The notes under the pieces were generated by a model that did no database searches, was not told the origin of the DNA, and saw nothing but the letters and a program-made list of their open reading frames with translations. From contig NC_057754.1 in the NCBI RefSeq assembly GCF_004010195.1, forward strand, positions 6,436,197 through 6,472,463: 36,267 nt of DNA, given 5' to 3'. The translations under genes were made by a program, and so were the position numbers. Positions within the stretch are counted from its first letter, which is position 1, and each line of letters opens with the position of its first letter. This document shows, one piece after another, positions 23,499 through 36,100 of the stretch. This stretch comes from Chiloscyllium plagiosum. Lineage: Eukaryota.

Positions 23499-24229
23499 GC
23501 AAGGTTACAATGCATGCAGATGTTTCGGAAAGCTGGAGAATATGAGATCTGGAGGAAGAGACCCAAATGGAAAGGGTTGCTAGGAATGTCAGGGGTAACA
23601 GAGACAGCAATGGTATGATCTGGAGCAGATGACCCAGGTTCTGAGGGTTCTGGGAATTGGACGTGGTTTCACCAGGAAGGCGGACAGTAGGGACACAGGA
23701 AGTTACAGATATGTGGAGAGCTGTAGAGCATCCATTCATGGAGACGGGGAGGTTGGGAGGGATGGACCAGTTTACTGGCAGAAGGATGTTGGAAGGAGGG
23801 AGTGGTTCACACAGACAGGGAGTGTTTTAGGAGCAGATCACAGAGATAAAGTGGTTTGTACAAATTGAAAGAACAAACAGATATATGCAAGGTAGTTAGA
23901 CCGAACATGTTTATAGATATAGGAAGGCTAAAGTTATTGAGTTTATTTGGATATGGAGGGTGTGGAGTCTGACAGATTTTCCGAGAGATAAGGACAGCAA
24001 TTTTGGTTGGACACTGTTTCACAGAAAAAAAGGAGAATGGGTAAGCTCCTGCAGTTTGGTCAAGGGAAGGGTTGCAGGGGAGGGTGATATTTACATACAT
24101 TGGGAAGTCAGAGCTGTACCTGGTCACCTGTCAGCCTCTGATACTCTTACAAAACAATCCAACTTTGTTTAATTTCCTCTAACACCGAACACACCCTTAA
24201 AAACCTAACACAGGCAACGTGCTGATAAA

Positions 24230-25000
24230 CCCCTTTTGCACCCTCCCCAAAGCCACCCCATCCTCCCTATTGTGTAGAGATGAGAACTGCACCCAGTACT
24301 CCAAATGTGGCCAAACAGAAGTTTTACACAATTACAACATCAGATGCAACCCACCATACACAACGTTGTGACCGATGACGGCCAGTTTTCCATTTGCTTT
24401 CGTTCCCATCTGAAACACTTCTGTTGTCATTTTCTGGGAGTTACTGACTTGCACCAAGATCCTTCTGTATATCAATATCCCTCAGTATCCTAACTTTCTT
24501 CTTGAATTAGACACGACCTCAGACTTTCCAGCTTAAACTCTATTTGTCATTTCTCTGCACATCTTTCCAACAGATCTGTAACTTCCTGCAACCTTGGATC
24601 TCCTTGCTCATTAACCCCAACTCCACCGATTTTCATGTCATCTACAATAATTATCTTTGTCACTTCCTTTTCTTTCAATGGTGTGAGAATCTGTAACCGG
24701 GGGCAGAAAATCCCAGCAAGGGCTCACCCATTTAAGATGGAGATGAGGAGGAATATCTTCACTCAGAGGGTAGTGACTCTGTGGGAATTCCTGACTGGAG
24801 GGGACTGTCAAGGCTGGGTCATTAAGAATATTTACAACAGTGGTGGTCAGATTTTAATGAATCAGGGAAGCGAGGGTTTTGTGAAAAAAGGCAGCAAAGT
24901 TGAATTTAGGATAATTAAATCAGCAGTGATCTAATTGAAGGGCAGAGCATCCTCAATGGGCCAAATGGCCCAATTCCGCTCTTAGGTCTCATGTTCTGAA
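24230..25000. mobile_element. Two degraded CR1 fragments (minus about 24230-24645; plus about 24690-25000)
   Basis: AACTGCACCCAGTACTCCAAATGTGG (antisense PHLEYWVQF) and sense EMRRNIFTQRVVTLW. Confidence 0.7.
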
Positions 25001-25878
25001 TTCAAACTCTATATATCCTGTATAACATTATAGGTCTTTGCTCACAAAACTCCTTTACAATGGGAATATTATGTATTTATTATTACACAACATTTGATCT
25101 ACAATAGACTATTTGTTGATGGCTCCTTGATGTGATGTTATGGAAAACCATCTCGTATACAATCCAGGATTCCATCCATTACAGCCCTGATACTCATTAG
25201 TTATCCAGTCGGGATGGAGGCCACTGTCACACACAGTTACTGTACATCCCTTGCTACAAGTACATTCAGTGTCCTGACTGTAACCATACTGTCATTTCCA
25301 TCACTGCCTGATGCCTACAAAAGAATTCCTGCAAACGGTTGCTGCCACTTGCTTATTCTCAGCTCCACTCAAATAAAACTCCAAATTTTGATCATCAGTA
25401 CCACATGAGTGTCTCATTAGTGCATTAATCCTATCCTTTCTTCACAACTTGTTGGCTTTTTACCTAGCCTGCCTTGATCCCAACAACCCTTCGATGGTCA
25501 TTCTGCAGCTACATCTCCGGAATGGCAGTTCCATCATAACTGTTCAACTGTCATTCAATCTGCCTTATGGCGAATTCAGGGAGTCATTCCTCAGTAGTGG
25601 GGGGGGGGGGGGGGTGTGAACGGATGGGTAGAGTTTACAGAGATAGGAAGGCTTACAGGGGCTCGAGGATGTTCAAGTTAAACAGAGTTACATCTGCTCA
25701 AGAACGTCAGTGAGACAAAGGGGTTTGGGGATTGGAGGAATTTACAGGGAGAGAGGGAGCTGGGTTAGATTCTGGAGATAGGGATAGAGATGGATGTAGG
25801 GAGAGGCAGGCAGACTGAGAGGCACTGGCAGCGGGTGTTTCAGTAGGCGGGTATTGTATATACTAACAGAGATTTTGT

Positions 25879-26172
25879 GGGCGGCACGGTGGCACAGTGG
25901 TTAGCACAGTGCCAGAGACCCTGGTTCAATTCCCGCCTCAGGCGACTGACTGTGTGGAGTTTGCACATTCTCCCCGTGTCTGCGTGGGTTCCCTCCTGGT
26001 GCTCCGGTTTCCTCCCATGGTCCAAAGATGTGCAGGTCAGGTGAATTGGCCATGCTAAATTTTCCGTACTGTTAGGTAAGAGGTAAATGTAGGGGTATAG
26101 GTGGCTTGCGCTTTGGCGGGTCGGTGTGGAAGGGCCTGTTTCCACACTGTAAAGTAATCTAACCTCATCTAA
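25879..26172 (+). mobile_element. HE1-like V-SINE, near full length
   Basis: A box TGGCACAGTGG, B box GGTTCAATTCC, V domain, CR1-derived tail GAAGGGCCTGTTTCCACACTGT and (ATCTA)n-like end. Confidence 0.9.
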
Positions 26173-27479
26173 AGATATGGAAGGTTGTAGTGACTGAAGA
26201 CATTTAGAGATACAGGAAGGCTTCTCGGCTCTGGAGGCGACATAGGAGGAAAGTAATGGAGGATGCCAAGTTACTGGGTTGGAGACAGTTACACAGATGG
26301 GGATGGTTGCACAAACTGAAAGAGGTTCCTGTGGTCGAGAGGATTGGTGTGGGGTCAGGGCTGAGGGTGAAGTTTAAATAGATTAAGAAGAATTGGAGAA
26401 CGATAAGGAGCTAATGATTTTCTCACAGATAGGGAAGGGTTATAGGAGCTGGAGAATTTTACCCAGATAAGGACGGATGTCGAGGTTAAAGACAAATACA
26501 TTGACATGGTGGGTGGTATTGTTAGGACGAGTTTACAGGGAAAAACAGGACTGTCGGTGTTTCCAGGGATGAAGGAATTTAGCATCTACTGGAAAAAAAT
26601 TAGCGATTAGGGTGTTAGGGATTGTTGAACCTGACAGAGATAGAGAGAATTGTGCGGATTAGAGGAGATTCCGAACAGAGGAAGGATTATTGGGACTGGA
26701 GGATATTACAAGAAATGACTAATGCAACATGGGCCAGGATTGATACCTGGGACCTCTTATGCTGTCTCCGATGAGGACCAGTTCAGCAGAAGTGATAGCA
26801 GGACACCCACAAGATGGTGGGAATGAAGTTTAGACTGTTGATGTTACTTGCCCAGCTCTGTATCTATGTCCTGTCTTCTGGGTCTGAATACAGAAGGCCA
26901 CTAACTCCTCCCTGTGCTGTTTACTGTGAGTGATCTTACCGGCTGCAGGATTTACTGAAGGCTGCAGATGTCCCTCTCCATCTCTCTCTGGCTGACCAAT
27001 TGTCTTCAGTGTGGTAATGGACAATAATTCGGAATTCGGCTAAGTCAGGAACATCCTGATTACCTACAGGAGACAGAGAAACACACAGAGTGGGAAATTC
27101 GAATGAGGCAGTGAGAATGACTCATGTATAGTAGCACTGAGTCCAACAGAGACCTGGAAAATCCCAGTCTCCATCCTTGTCCTGAGCTGCTGCCTCTCTC
27201 TGGAGTGGAGAATTCTGTTGACTTAGAATCTCGAACCAGCTGCAAGAGTCAGAGGCGCTGACAAAGGCACCAATTAAAGCCACACAGTGAGGGATACCAC
27301 ATGGAGAGATACTGAGTGATATTACCAGAGTGCAGCAGGTTTTCAGAATCAAACAATGGTGTCAGAAGAAGTGGGCCTGATGCAGTGGGAACTGCTACCA
27401 GTACTCAGGGAGGAGTCAGCTATTGTAATGTGATGGTATGGTGCTGGAGCCAGTGCCCTGGTCAATCATATGACCAGAA

Positions 27480-28092
27480 TTATGTAGAATGCTTTAAACT
27501 GACACACATGAGGAGGGACAGGGCTCAGCTGAAAGGAAATCCCAATTCCATGGGGAAAGGTTGAAATATTGAAACATGGGAACCAGGCTGATGAGAACCA
27601 GAAAGAAACAGGAAGGAAGTGAGTTGAACTAAAATTGAACATCAGCAAATAGGTTTGTGACAGGAAATTGTGATAAATAGTAAATTACTGTTTCTAAATT
27701 TGGATGCACGAAGTATTTGCAATAAGGGATATGCACGTGTGACTTGTGATTTCTATCTAATCACCATCGTGGAGACATGGTCACAGGGTGAACAAAACGG
27801 TGGGGCATTAATATTCACAGCTACAATATTGTGGAATGTCAGGCAGAATGGGAAGAAGGAAGGGGAACTCTCATCGTTCGGGATAACAATGGAATGAAGA
27901 AAATATGTAGCCTTAGATTATCAATCAGTCATAGATCAAAATTCTGGGTAATAAGGGTCAGAACACAGAAGTGGAAGGGCAGTGTTAAGGCTCCTTTACG
28001 GCATTACATTGTGAGACACTGCATTAACAGGGAATTATTTGAATTTGTAACAACGGCGCTGGGATAATTGAGGGGGGGGATTCAACTTTCCT
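27480..28092 (+). mobile_element. Old CR1 fragment (inter-ORF region and endonuclease start)
   Basis: FLNLDARSICNK and ITIVETW remnants. Shares AATAGGTTTGTGACAGGAAATTGTG with 21673-21697. Confidence 0.6.
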
Positions 28093-29363
28093 TTCTCATC
28101 ATCTCATTGGTGATGGGTCACAGACGAGGCTGACTATCTCCCACGCTCAGGGGGAGTTTGTCGGTGGCTGTTCAGACTGATATGGCCTTCACCAGACTCT
28201 GTTACACTTGGGGCAGAAGTTGGCCGTGGGAAGGGCGTGGGTCGAGCGTTGGTGCAGCAGCACGTTCCTCGTGCTGTTTTCTCCTGGATTCCCCACAGTA
28301 AATCCTAACGCAATTTTTTTTTCGGATCTCTCCAATCAACTGTGATTCCACAGAGACAGGCTCATTGACCTTTGAGGGGCCCTATTCTCTCCCTCTCTAT
28401 ACTTGAGCCTCTGTTGAAACTTGTCAAAATGCCTCTTCTACGTAACTCTTTAAAAATTATGCTTCTAGGAAGGATCTCGACCAAGAAAATACTCGGGCCT
28501 CTCAGGGATGAAATGGAGAGAGAAAGCAGTTGTGGGGGAGGTGGATCGGTAAGAACAGGGAAGAGAATACAGTGTGTAAGAGGGAGCGTGAAGAATAAAA
28601 GCAAGCAGGAGCTTTGGAGAGTCCGAGTGATGTTTGTGAGGGAGGCTGCATATACGAGTGGAATAAATTAACAGCACGTAGCTTAGGGACCTGTAGTGAT
28701 TAAACCCTCGTTTGAACATGACTGGAAGGAATCACAATAAACTATCACATCAGGTTAAAATCCACATTATTAAGGGTCGTGCAGGTTGGACAATGACAAA
28801 GAGATTGTCATGGATGACAGGGGTGAAACAGAGCAATGGATGGAAATGGATTCAGATCCACATTAAAGGGATCACACCAGGGCCTGACCAGTGAACCACA
28901 GTAAAGCAAGTTCACTATCGAATTATAGATGAATGCTCAATACTATTCACCTCTGAACCAACTTCATTGTCCTTCAATGTAAACTCTTCACCTGGACCTT
29001 GTAGCTGAGAAGATAGTACAGAACTGGAATCAGAGAAACACTTCAGTTTTCATTACTTCCATTTCTCTGTAAAATGAGATGACAAAAGACACATGTTGAG
29101 AGACATTCAGGATAAACAAATATATGTCTTGGTTTGAGTGCTAAACATCGACCTGTTAAAGGAGTTTCCAAAATCCACCACCATCAATTCAGGATGGGAA
29201 TTTACAAAATGATTTGAGAGAGCTCGTACTTTAATGAGAAGGTTAATTTTAATATGTTTTTCTAAACGCTAAGTTTGTTCTTCCAAAGATTATTTGGAAA
29301 ACAAAAGGTTGGAATACAGAAAAGAGAGAGTTATTAATGAACAGAATTAATATTCTGTCATAC

Positions 29364-29677
29364 CTGAAATCAATGGCGGGGATTAACTACCCAGCATGCG
29401 CCGCGGTGGTGAATGGTGACAAGCGATGGCCGGACATTGGCAGTACTAGCTTTATCTCCGTGGGAAATGGGCAGAGACGCGATTTTCCATACGGAAAGGC
29501 TGCAGGAGCTGGAGAGCATTTATAAACCATTCCGGCGAGAATGAAAATGTGGATTTTAACTTGAAAAATAACTTGCGGTAAATGTTTCGTATCTCCGAGG
29601 TGAACAGCCCGCCATCCTGTCCGGGGATCTCGGCGCAAGCGCAGACGGGCTGGTGATGTCATAGTACGGGGTGGGTC
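29364..29677 (-). promoter_or_regulatory. CpG-enriched candidate promoter or first exon
   Basis: CpG cluster, ZNF143/Staf-like CTACCCAGCATGCGCCGCG (about 29387-29405), NRF1-like GCGCAAGCGC (about 29633-29642) and donor CAG|GTATGA at 29364/29363. Confidence 0.4.
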
Positions 29678-30370
29678 NNNNNNNNNNNNNNNNNNNNNNN
29701 NNNNNNNNNNNNNNNNNNNNNNNNNNNNNNNNNNNNNNNNNNNNNNNNNNNNNNNNNNNNNNNNNNNNNNNNNNNNNNNNNNNNNNNNNNNNNNNNNNNN
29801 NNNNNNNNNNNNNNNNNNNNNNNNNNNNNNNNNNNNNNNNNNNNNNNNNNNNNNNNNNNNNNNNNNNNNNNNNNNNNNNNNNNNNNNNNNNNNNNNNNNN
29901 NNNNNNNNNNNNNNNNNNNNNNNNNNNNNNNNNNNNNNNNNNNNNNNNNNNNNNNNNNNNNNNNNNNNNNNNNNNNNNNNNNNNNNNNNNNNNNNNNNNN
30001 NNNNNNNNNNNNNNNNNNNNNNNNNNNNNNNNNNNNNNNNNNNNNNNNNNNNNNNNNNNNNNNNNNNNNNNNNNNNNNNNNNNNNNNNNNNNNNNNNNNN
30101 NNNNNNNNNNNNNNNNNNNNNNNNNNNNNNNNNNNNNNNNNNNNNNNNNNNNNNNNNNNNNNNNNNNNNNNNNNNNNAGTATCAGTGTGTGAGAGATTGA
30201 GTATCAGTGTGTGAGAGATTGAGTATCTGTGTGTGTCTGAGATTGAGTATCGGTGTGTGAGATTGAGTATCTGCGTGTGTGACTGAGTATCTGTGTGTGA
30301 GATTGAGTATCTGTCTGAGATTGAGTATCTCTGTGTGTGTGCGTGTGAGATTGAGTATCTGTGTCTGTTT

Positions 30371-30742
30371 GAGACACGACCCTCTCTCCCTCGTAGCCCT
30401 ACACACGGATGAAAAAAAACCCACCATTTCGACTGGGACAACACATCTATCTTGGGACAGGCTAAGCAAAGACCTACCAGAGAATTGCTAGAACCCTGGC
30501 ACTCCAACCACGCCATAAACAAACGCATAGATCTTGATGCCATTTATTAACCGCTCAGAAAACAAACAGGAAATGACATCACCACAAACCCCAGGAAGCC
30601 CATCCAGGAGAAAGGTATAAATAGAAAGCAGGAGACAACAGCTTCGCTTCACTTGGAGGTCGCCACTGATGATGTTACCTAGCCAAGTAATGAAACGTCT
30701 GGATATCACACCTACAGCCCAGCGAGCAAACCTACACCCTAA
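30371..30742 (+). mobile_element. Penelope-like element 3' fragment (GIY-YIG C-terminus and pseudo-LTR with hammerhead)
   Basis: RHDPLSLVALHTDEK..HFDWDNTSILGQAKQR..RELLEPWHS..AINKRIDLD, then CTGATGA-T-GTTAC...GTAAT-GAAACGTC at 30666-30699. Confidence 0.85.
30663..30702 (+). ncRNA. Minimal type I hammerhead ribozyme motif (putative)
   Basis: Stem I CCA/TGG, CUGAUGA, stem II GTTAC/GTAAT, GAAAC, GUC. Confidence 0.65.
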
Positions 30743-31149
30743 GCCTGAATATCTGTGTGTGAGCCTGAATATCAGTGAGTGTGTGTGAACATTGTGTATG
30801 TGTGACATTCTGTATTTGTGTGTGTGATCAGAGTATCTGTGTTTGTGCTCATGTGTGATTGAATATCTGTACGACTATGTCTGCGCAAGATTATTTCAAT
30901 GTGCATCATGAAAGATTGACTGTCCCTCGCTATATACACACACACATGAATACGTGTGTCTGTGTCCCTACCTCAGTTGTGCCCACTCCTTTGGGCTTAC
31001 AGTTGTGTATACAGATTTGTGCACGTACCTGTATATTTCAAAAGGCCTTTCTCTCTTTATCTCGCCCTTTGAGCGGACGGTTGTGACTGTGTGTATGTCG
31101 CCACTCCCCACACCCTATGTGCATTTCATTTTTTAAAAAAAAAAATCAA

Positions 31150-31532
31150 TGATGGGTAATAGGCATCACTGGCTGTGTCACTGCCCCTTCAGGTGGTGGT
31201 GAGCTGTTTTCTTGAACCACTGCAGTCTGTGTGCTGCAGTTAGGCCCACAATGTCCCTTAGGGAGGGAATTCCAGGGATTTTGACAACAAAGGGACGGCC
31301 GATATATTTCCATGTCAGGACCGTGATTAACTTAGGGGGAAGCTTGCAGGTTGTGGCATTCCCATGTACTTGCTGTCCTTGTCCTTCTAATTGGAAGAGG
31401 TCACGGGTTTGGAAAGCGCTAAGGAGCCATGGCGCGTTGCTGCTGGGCCCCATGTAGATGGCACACACCACTGCCACTGAGTGTCGGTGGTAGAGAAAGT
31501 GGATGGTTATAGATGTGATGCCAATCAAGTGG
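31150..31532 (-). mobile_element. LINE-derived 3' repeat, same family as about 665-740 and likely 5069-5313
   Basis: CCCCTT..AGGTGGTGGTGAGCTG..TTCTTGAACC shared with 704-739. Antisense translation LQWFKKTAHHHLKGQ. Confidence 0.65.
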
Positions 31533-32906
31533 AACTCTGTGTTACTTGGAAAATCCAGAAAAATTGACAGGACTTGAAAAATAGGAACATGCGATCTCTC
31601 ATGCCTGTCCCTCCAGCTGGCAAGATCATGTTCGATCTGCTCTAGACCTCAACCCCTCTTTGGTGTCAACTTCTCAAGGCCTCCACTTCATCAAGATGAA
31701 TCTACCTCCCTCAGGGCCAATATTCACCACCCTCTGACAGGAGACATTTGAGGGAGTGTTTTGTTATTTCTGTGACTGTCTCCCCTTTCTCAGGCTTGTT
31801 CTCCCCCAGCAGAAAGATTTTCTCAGCATCAGCAGAGGAACCTCAATTATCGGGTATTTGACAATCCAAATATTTGGCAAGGCGGCCCCAATGCTGGGCT
31901 AAACTGCGTTATCTGGCATTCCATTAACCGAACGAAATACCCCCCAACCTTGTCCTTCCAGTGATCAAGGTTTTTCTGTACATGAATGTGAAAGCGTGCG
32001 GTTGCTGTGTCTGACTTGTACACTTTGGTGAATGAGTCTGTGAGCGTTAGTGTGTACACACGAGTGGGAAAGTGTTCATGTGCGCATGTTTGTGCCTGTG
32101 ATTACAGGCAAATTGGAGAGAACACCCACAAAGTTCATAGTCACACAGCACAGAAACAGATCCTTTGATCTAAATTGTCTGTGCCGACCAATTTCCCAAA
32201 CTAAACTAGCTCCACTTGCGTGCGTTTGGGCCTTATCCCTCTAAATCTTTCCCAACCACGCCTGTTAAATGTACCTACCACTCCTCCGGTAGTTCATTCC
32301 ACATACCAACCACTGACTGAGAGACAAAGTTGGCAATTCCCTATTAAACCTTCCACCTTAAATTCTTTACCAATTCCGGGGCGGCAGTTGCCAGGCTCAA
32401 CTAATAGTCAAAACCAGATCACTAATGCTTAAACGGTCAATCACCCCAACTGAAAGAAAATATGGAAAGAAACAGCCTTGGCATAAAAGTAGCCTGTTTG
32501 GGCTGGAACGTAACTCAATAACCTTGACTTCCTCGGTAATCCAACACAGAACCACTTAGAGGTGTTTTGCAACTTATTTTCTGTACAGTGGTATCTCAGA
32601 ACAAGTACTGAAAGTACTACAAAATGATGAGAGCCAGAAAAGTACTAACATCAGTGCACTCTGTCCCACACATTGCACTGGGGCCATGTATCCTGAATGA
32701 CCTCCAAAAGCCAGCAGTCCCTGACAGGCAGTGAGGCCCCAGTATGGAATACGTCTAGTTTAAATAGGCTCATTAGTTTGCATATACCTGAATTAGATTA
32801 AGTGAATAAATTTGCTTTAAATCAAAGCATGTCTTCTCATATTCATTCTCATCTGACCTTCAAGAAACCATGCGTTACCTTCAGCCTCATGCCACAGTAG
32901 CACATT

Positions 32907-33025
32907 TCTGGGGAAGGGTCACTCAACACGAAATATTAACTCTGATTTCTCTCCGCAGCTGCTGCCAGATTTGCTGAACTTTTCCAACAATTTCTGCTTT
33001 TGGTTTTGATTTGCAGTATCCGCAG
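32907..33025 (+). mobile_element. Degenerate Penelope-derived repeat (decayed hammerhead)
   Basis: CTGGGGAAGGGTCACTCAACACGAAATATT followed by a GCTGCCAGA..TGCTGA..TTTTCCA.CAA body like 1820-1945. Confidence 0.55.
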
Positions 33026-35225
33026 CACACTCAGTTTTTAATACAGCTGTCAGTGTTGTGCTGTTCAGACAGTAAATAAGACGGCACAGCCTGTACAAAG
33101 TATATAATCAATTGTATTTCCTTCTGGTAGATTTACACTGATTTTGAGGCAACAACACATTACAATAACATTGAGTAGTACATGGAGATATATGGTATCA
33201 CAACTCAACCAATCATTTCATATCCGTTTTGGGGGATTGGGGGCAATAGACGATAAAAAAAATTCTTTAAATCCTGTCCCAAGAAAGATGCAAACATCTG
33301 CCCCCCCCACCCCAATTGTGTGGAAAGCTCCACAGTCAACCATTGAACTGTACTACACACAAGGTGCACTGCTTGGGAGTACAGTGAAACCACAAACGGA
33401 CCTCTACTAATGCCACATCAATGGTGCTGGGAGGCAATGGCAGGGGGAATCTCTCCACATTTCCCAGAGTTCCGGCCACCCAAATCCACTTCCACCCACC
33501 CATGGGTGAGCCAAGCATCTTGAGCATACTCACCACCTGTTCGTCCCCAAAACCCAGCATGTGCCTCAGGGTTTGGACTGATGGGTCAGACACAATCACA
33601 TTTCGGGAGGTGGGGGGATTGGCCAAGAATGGAGGGGGATAGAGTGATGGAAGAGATAGAGAAAGCAAGGCTATAGGGAGCAGGGTTGATGACTGGTCTT
33701 GGGGGGAGGGTTGCAAGAGAGAAAGGGTGATGGAGTAGTGGAAGGCTATAGGAGTTTAAACATTACAAACAGATCTCCAAACAGGTTAAAAGCTTCAAAA
33801 TGAACCTTGCGAACATTAACTATACGGTCAGTGTTTTACACACACTGAGTTGTACACAGTGCTAGGATCCCTTTGACTTGCCAGACATTAACCGCAGATC
33901 AGTACACACTCTATGGAAAGATTTAAAGGAAAAAATAACGGAAAGAATCTCATCACTCAGTAAACGATAGGATCCCTTCCCTGCTCCAAACAAAACCTGG
34001 TGTTTTGTGTTGCTTGTATAGAGGGGACACAGGTGGGATCTCATACACCAAAAAGTCTCTCGATAAACCACTTCCAACACACAGCATCACCTGAATGTGA
34101 CCTTCGATGAACAATCCCTTCATTAACATCCTCCACACCCCAGGCACTGGGCTGACCCCTCACAACAGTTACTCTGCCATTGTCCAAAGGGAGGTCAACA
34201 AGGAGGCCATTTTGAAAGGAAGCCATTTTGCAAATTGGCTTGAAAAGTTGGCTCTCCCCCTACAAATGCTGCCAGACCGACTGAGACCTTCGAGAATTTT
34301 CCGTTGATTTTTATTTTGTTAAACGGGTCTGCAGTGTTTCGATCTCGCTGTAAAAGAGCCAATTCATCTCACTTTTAGCTCTTTAGTTTCACCTGAAGCC
34401 CATCAAACATGGAGGAGGCCCTCTCCAAACAGCACGTTGGTTTCCTCTCTTTTTAGTTTTTTTAAATCATTATCTGCTCCAAACGTCCAAGAGAAAAAAA
34501 AAAGCAGATTTTGACGTGCATGCGTTTTGAGTCTCTCCCCAGCCTCCTTTGCGTTTCTCTGCCTCTGATTTTCTACACAGCGCGGGGCAAGGTTCTCAAG
34601 TACTCACTGTTCAGCACCTTAGCGTGACGTCTGTTCCAAAATGGCAATGAGGAGGGGGAAGAGATGTGGGAAGGAGGTGGTGTTTGGGCAGCTCAGGCTG
34701 GCGAGGGGGTGAGGGGAGAAGAGCCCCTTCCCCACCTGGTCACACTCACCAACAACACGAGCTGGAACATCTTGCAGAATCATAATTCCGGAGAGGGGTC
34801 CGTGAAGAACACAACAGGTTTCTAAACGTCAGGAAGAGAGGCTGACAGGGGCAGAGAAGGGAAAAGCACACAAATTTTCACTCAAAGGGGAAAGGGCCCC
34901 ACAGACACATCGCGGCTCAGAAAGGAGTGTCGGCCGAGACAGAAGTTGTCAGTGGCAGCTGTTGCTCCGTCATGGGCCTCCACTTGGCACCTCGTCTAGG
35001 CTGATGGACAGCCATGAACATGCCAGAGAGAAACGTGTGTGGGGGTTGTGTTTGGAGGTTGGGGAGGGGGTTGCGCGCATGTGACAGATAGGAAGTGTGG
35101 GGTGGGGTGCTCAAAATTTGGAAGGTACAGTACCCTATATGGTGGATAATATCCCTCTCAACTCTGCTGTGAATGAGGGTGGAGGTGGAGTAGCAGAACA
35201 CACAAAATTTATTCAAACTCTCAAA

Positions 35226-35520
35226 TGCACGTGCGCACACACATACTTGTAGACTCAAATGCACATGCATCTGCACACAGTACAGACACACAGATTTGCA
35301 GACAGGTGCATTCACACACACATTGATACATGCACATGCATTTGTGCATAAATATGCACACACACATTTGCATACAAACTCGCAGTCATTTGCAGATGCA
35401 TATTTGCAAATGCATGTGCGCAGACATCCAAACACACACGTGCACCCACACAGGTAGAGACACGGACATACTCATGTAAACATGTGCACCTGCACTTGCC
35501 CATGCGTGCGCGCACACACT
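35226..35520. repeat. CA/ATGC-rich low-complexity tract
   Basis: Dense alternating purine-pyrimidine runs. Confidence 0.8.
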
Positions 35521-35787
35521 GCCACGCTCACTTGCATCGACAAAGCTGCTGCCCCACCCCGATCCAACCTGAGGTGTGAGAAAGGGGGATGCAGCAACAA
35601 AACGTCAGCGAAACAGCAGGGCCCGGGCTGTTTCCTCACCGCCATCGCTCACACTCCCAAACACTGCTTTCACTGTCAGAAAACATCCAAACCACACAAC
35701 CTGTTCTTACAAAACAAAGTGTCTTTGCGATGGGGGACGGGGAGCTTTTGCTGGTCCTCTCTCCCTCACACTTCTTTTCTCCTTCTG

Positions 35788-36100
35788 CACAAACCCTCTC
35801 ACTCACGCAACATCTCCCTCCTCACTAACAGCATCCTCTCACAAACCGTTATACCCTCTCACTCCGAACTCATGCACACACTCTGCTCACTCCACACATC
35901 CAGCTTCAAACACACACGTCCTCCTCACCATCAAACCTCAGACACAAACCCTCTCACTCACGCAACATCTCCCTCCTCACTAACAGCATCCTCTCACAAA
36001 CCGTTATACCCTCTCACTCCGAACTCATGCACACACTCTGCTCACTCCACACATCCAGCTTCAAACACACACGTCCTCCTCACCATCAAACCTCAGACAC
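35788..36100. repeat. Perfect 155-bp tandem duplication
   Basis: 35788-35942 equals 35943-36097. Confidence 0.93.

Larger units (their letters stand above)
22560..26720 (+). repeat. Patches of old degenerate purine-rich minisatellite (about 22560-22830, 23500-24110, 25620-25860, 26175-26720)
   Basis: Recurring GAG(G/T)TTACAGAGATAGG(G/A)AGG-like motif every 30-35 nt. Confidence 0.55.
30178..30870. repeat. Minisatellite (GAGATTGAGTATCTGTGTGT)n, split by a Penelope insertion
   Basis: Units of about 16-30 bp at 30178-30370 resume in variant form at 30743-30870. Confidence 0.85.

Noticed and set aside
25879..25940. tRNA gene
   Set aside because: The A/B boxes belong to a SINE head and there is no cloverleaf.
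30178..30370. CRISPR-like array
   Set aside because: Spacers are low-complexity GT runs, the context is eukaryotic, and there are no cas genes.
34910..35000. miR-22-5p-like string AGTTGTCAGTGGCAGC, or an intronic C/D snoRNA on the minus strand
   Set aside because: No miR-22-3p arm and only a weak hairpin. The C box is non-canonical and I recognise no rRNA complement.
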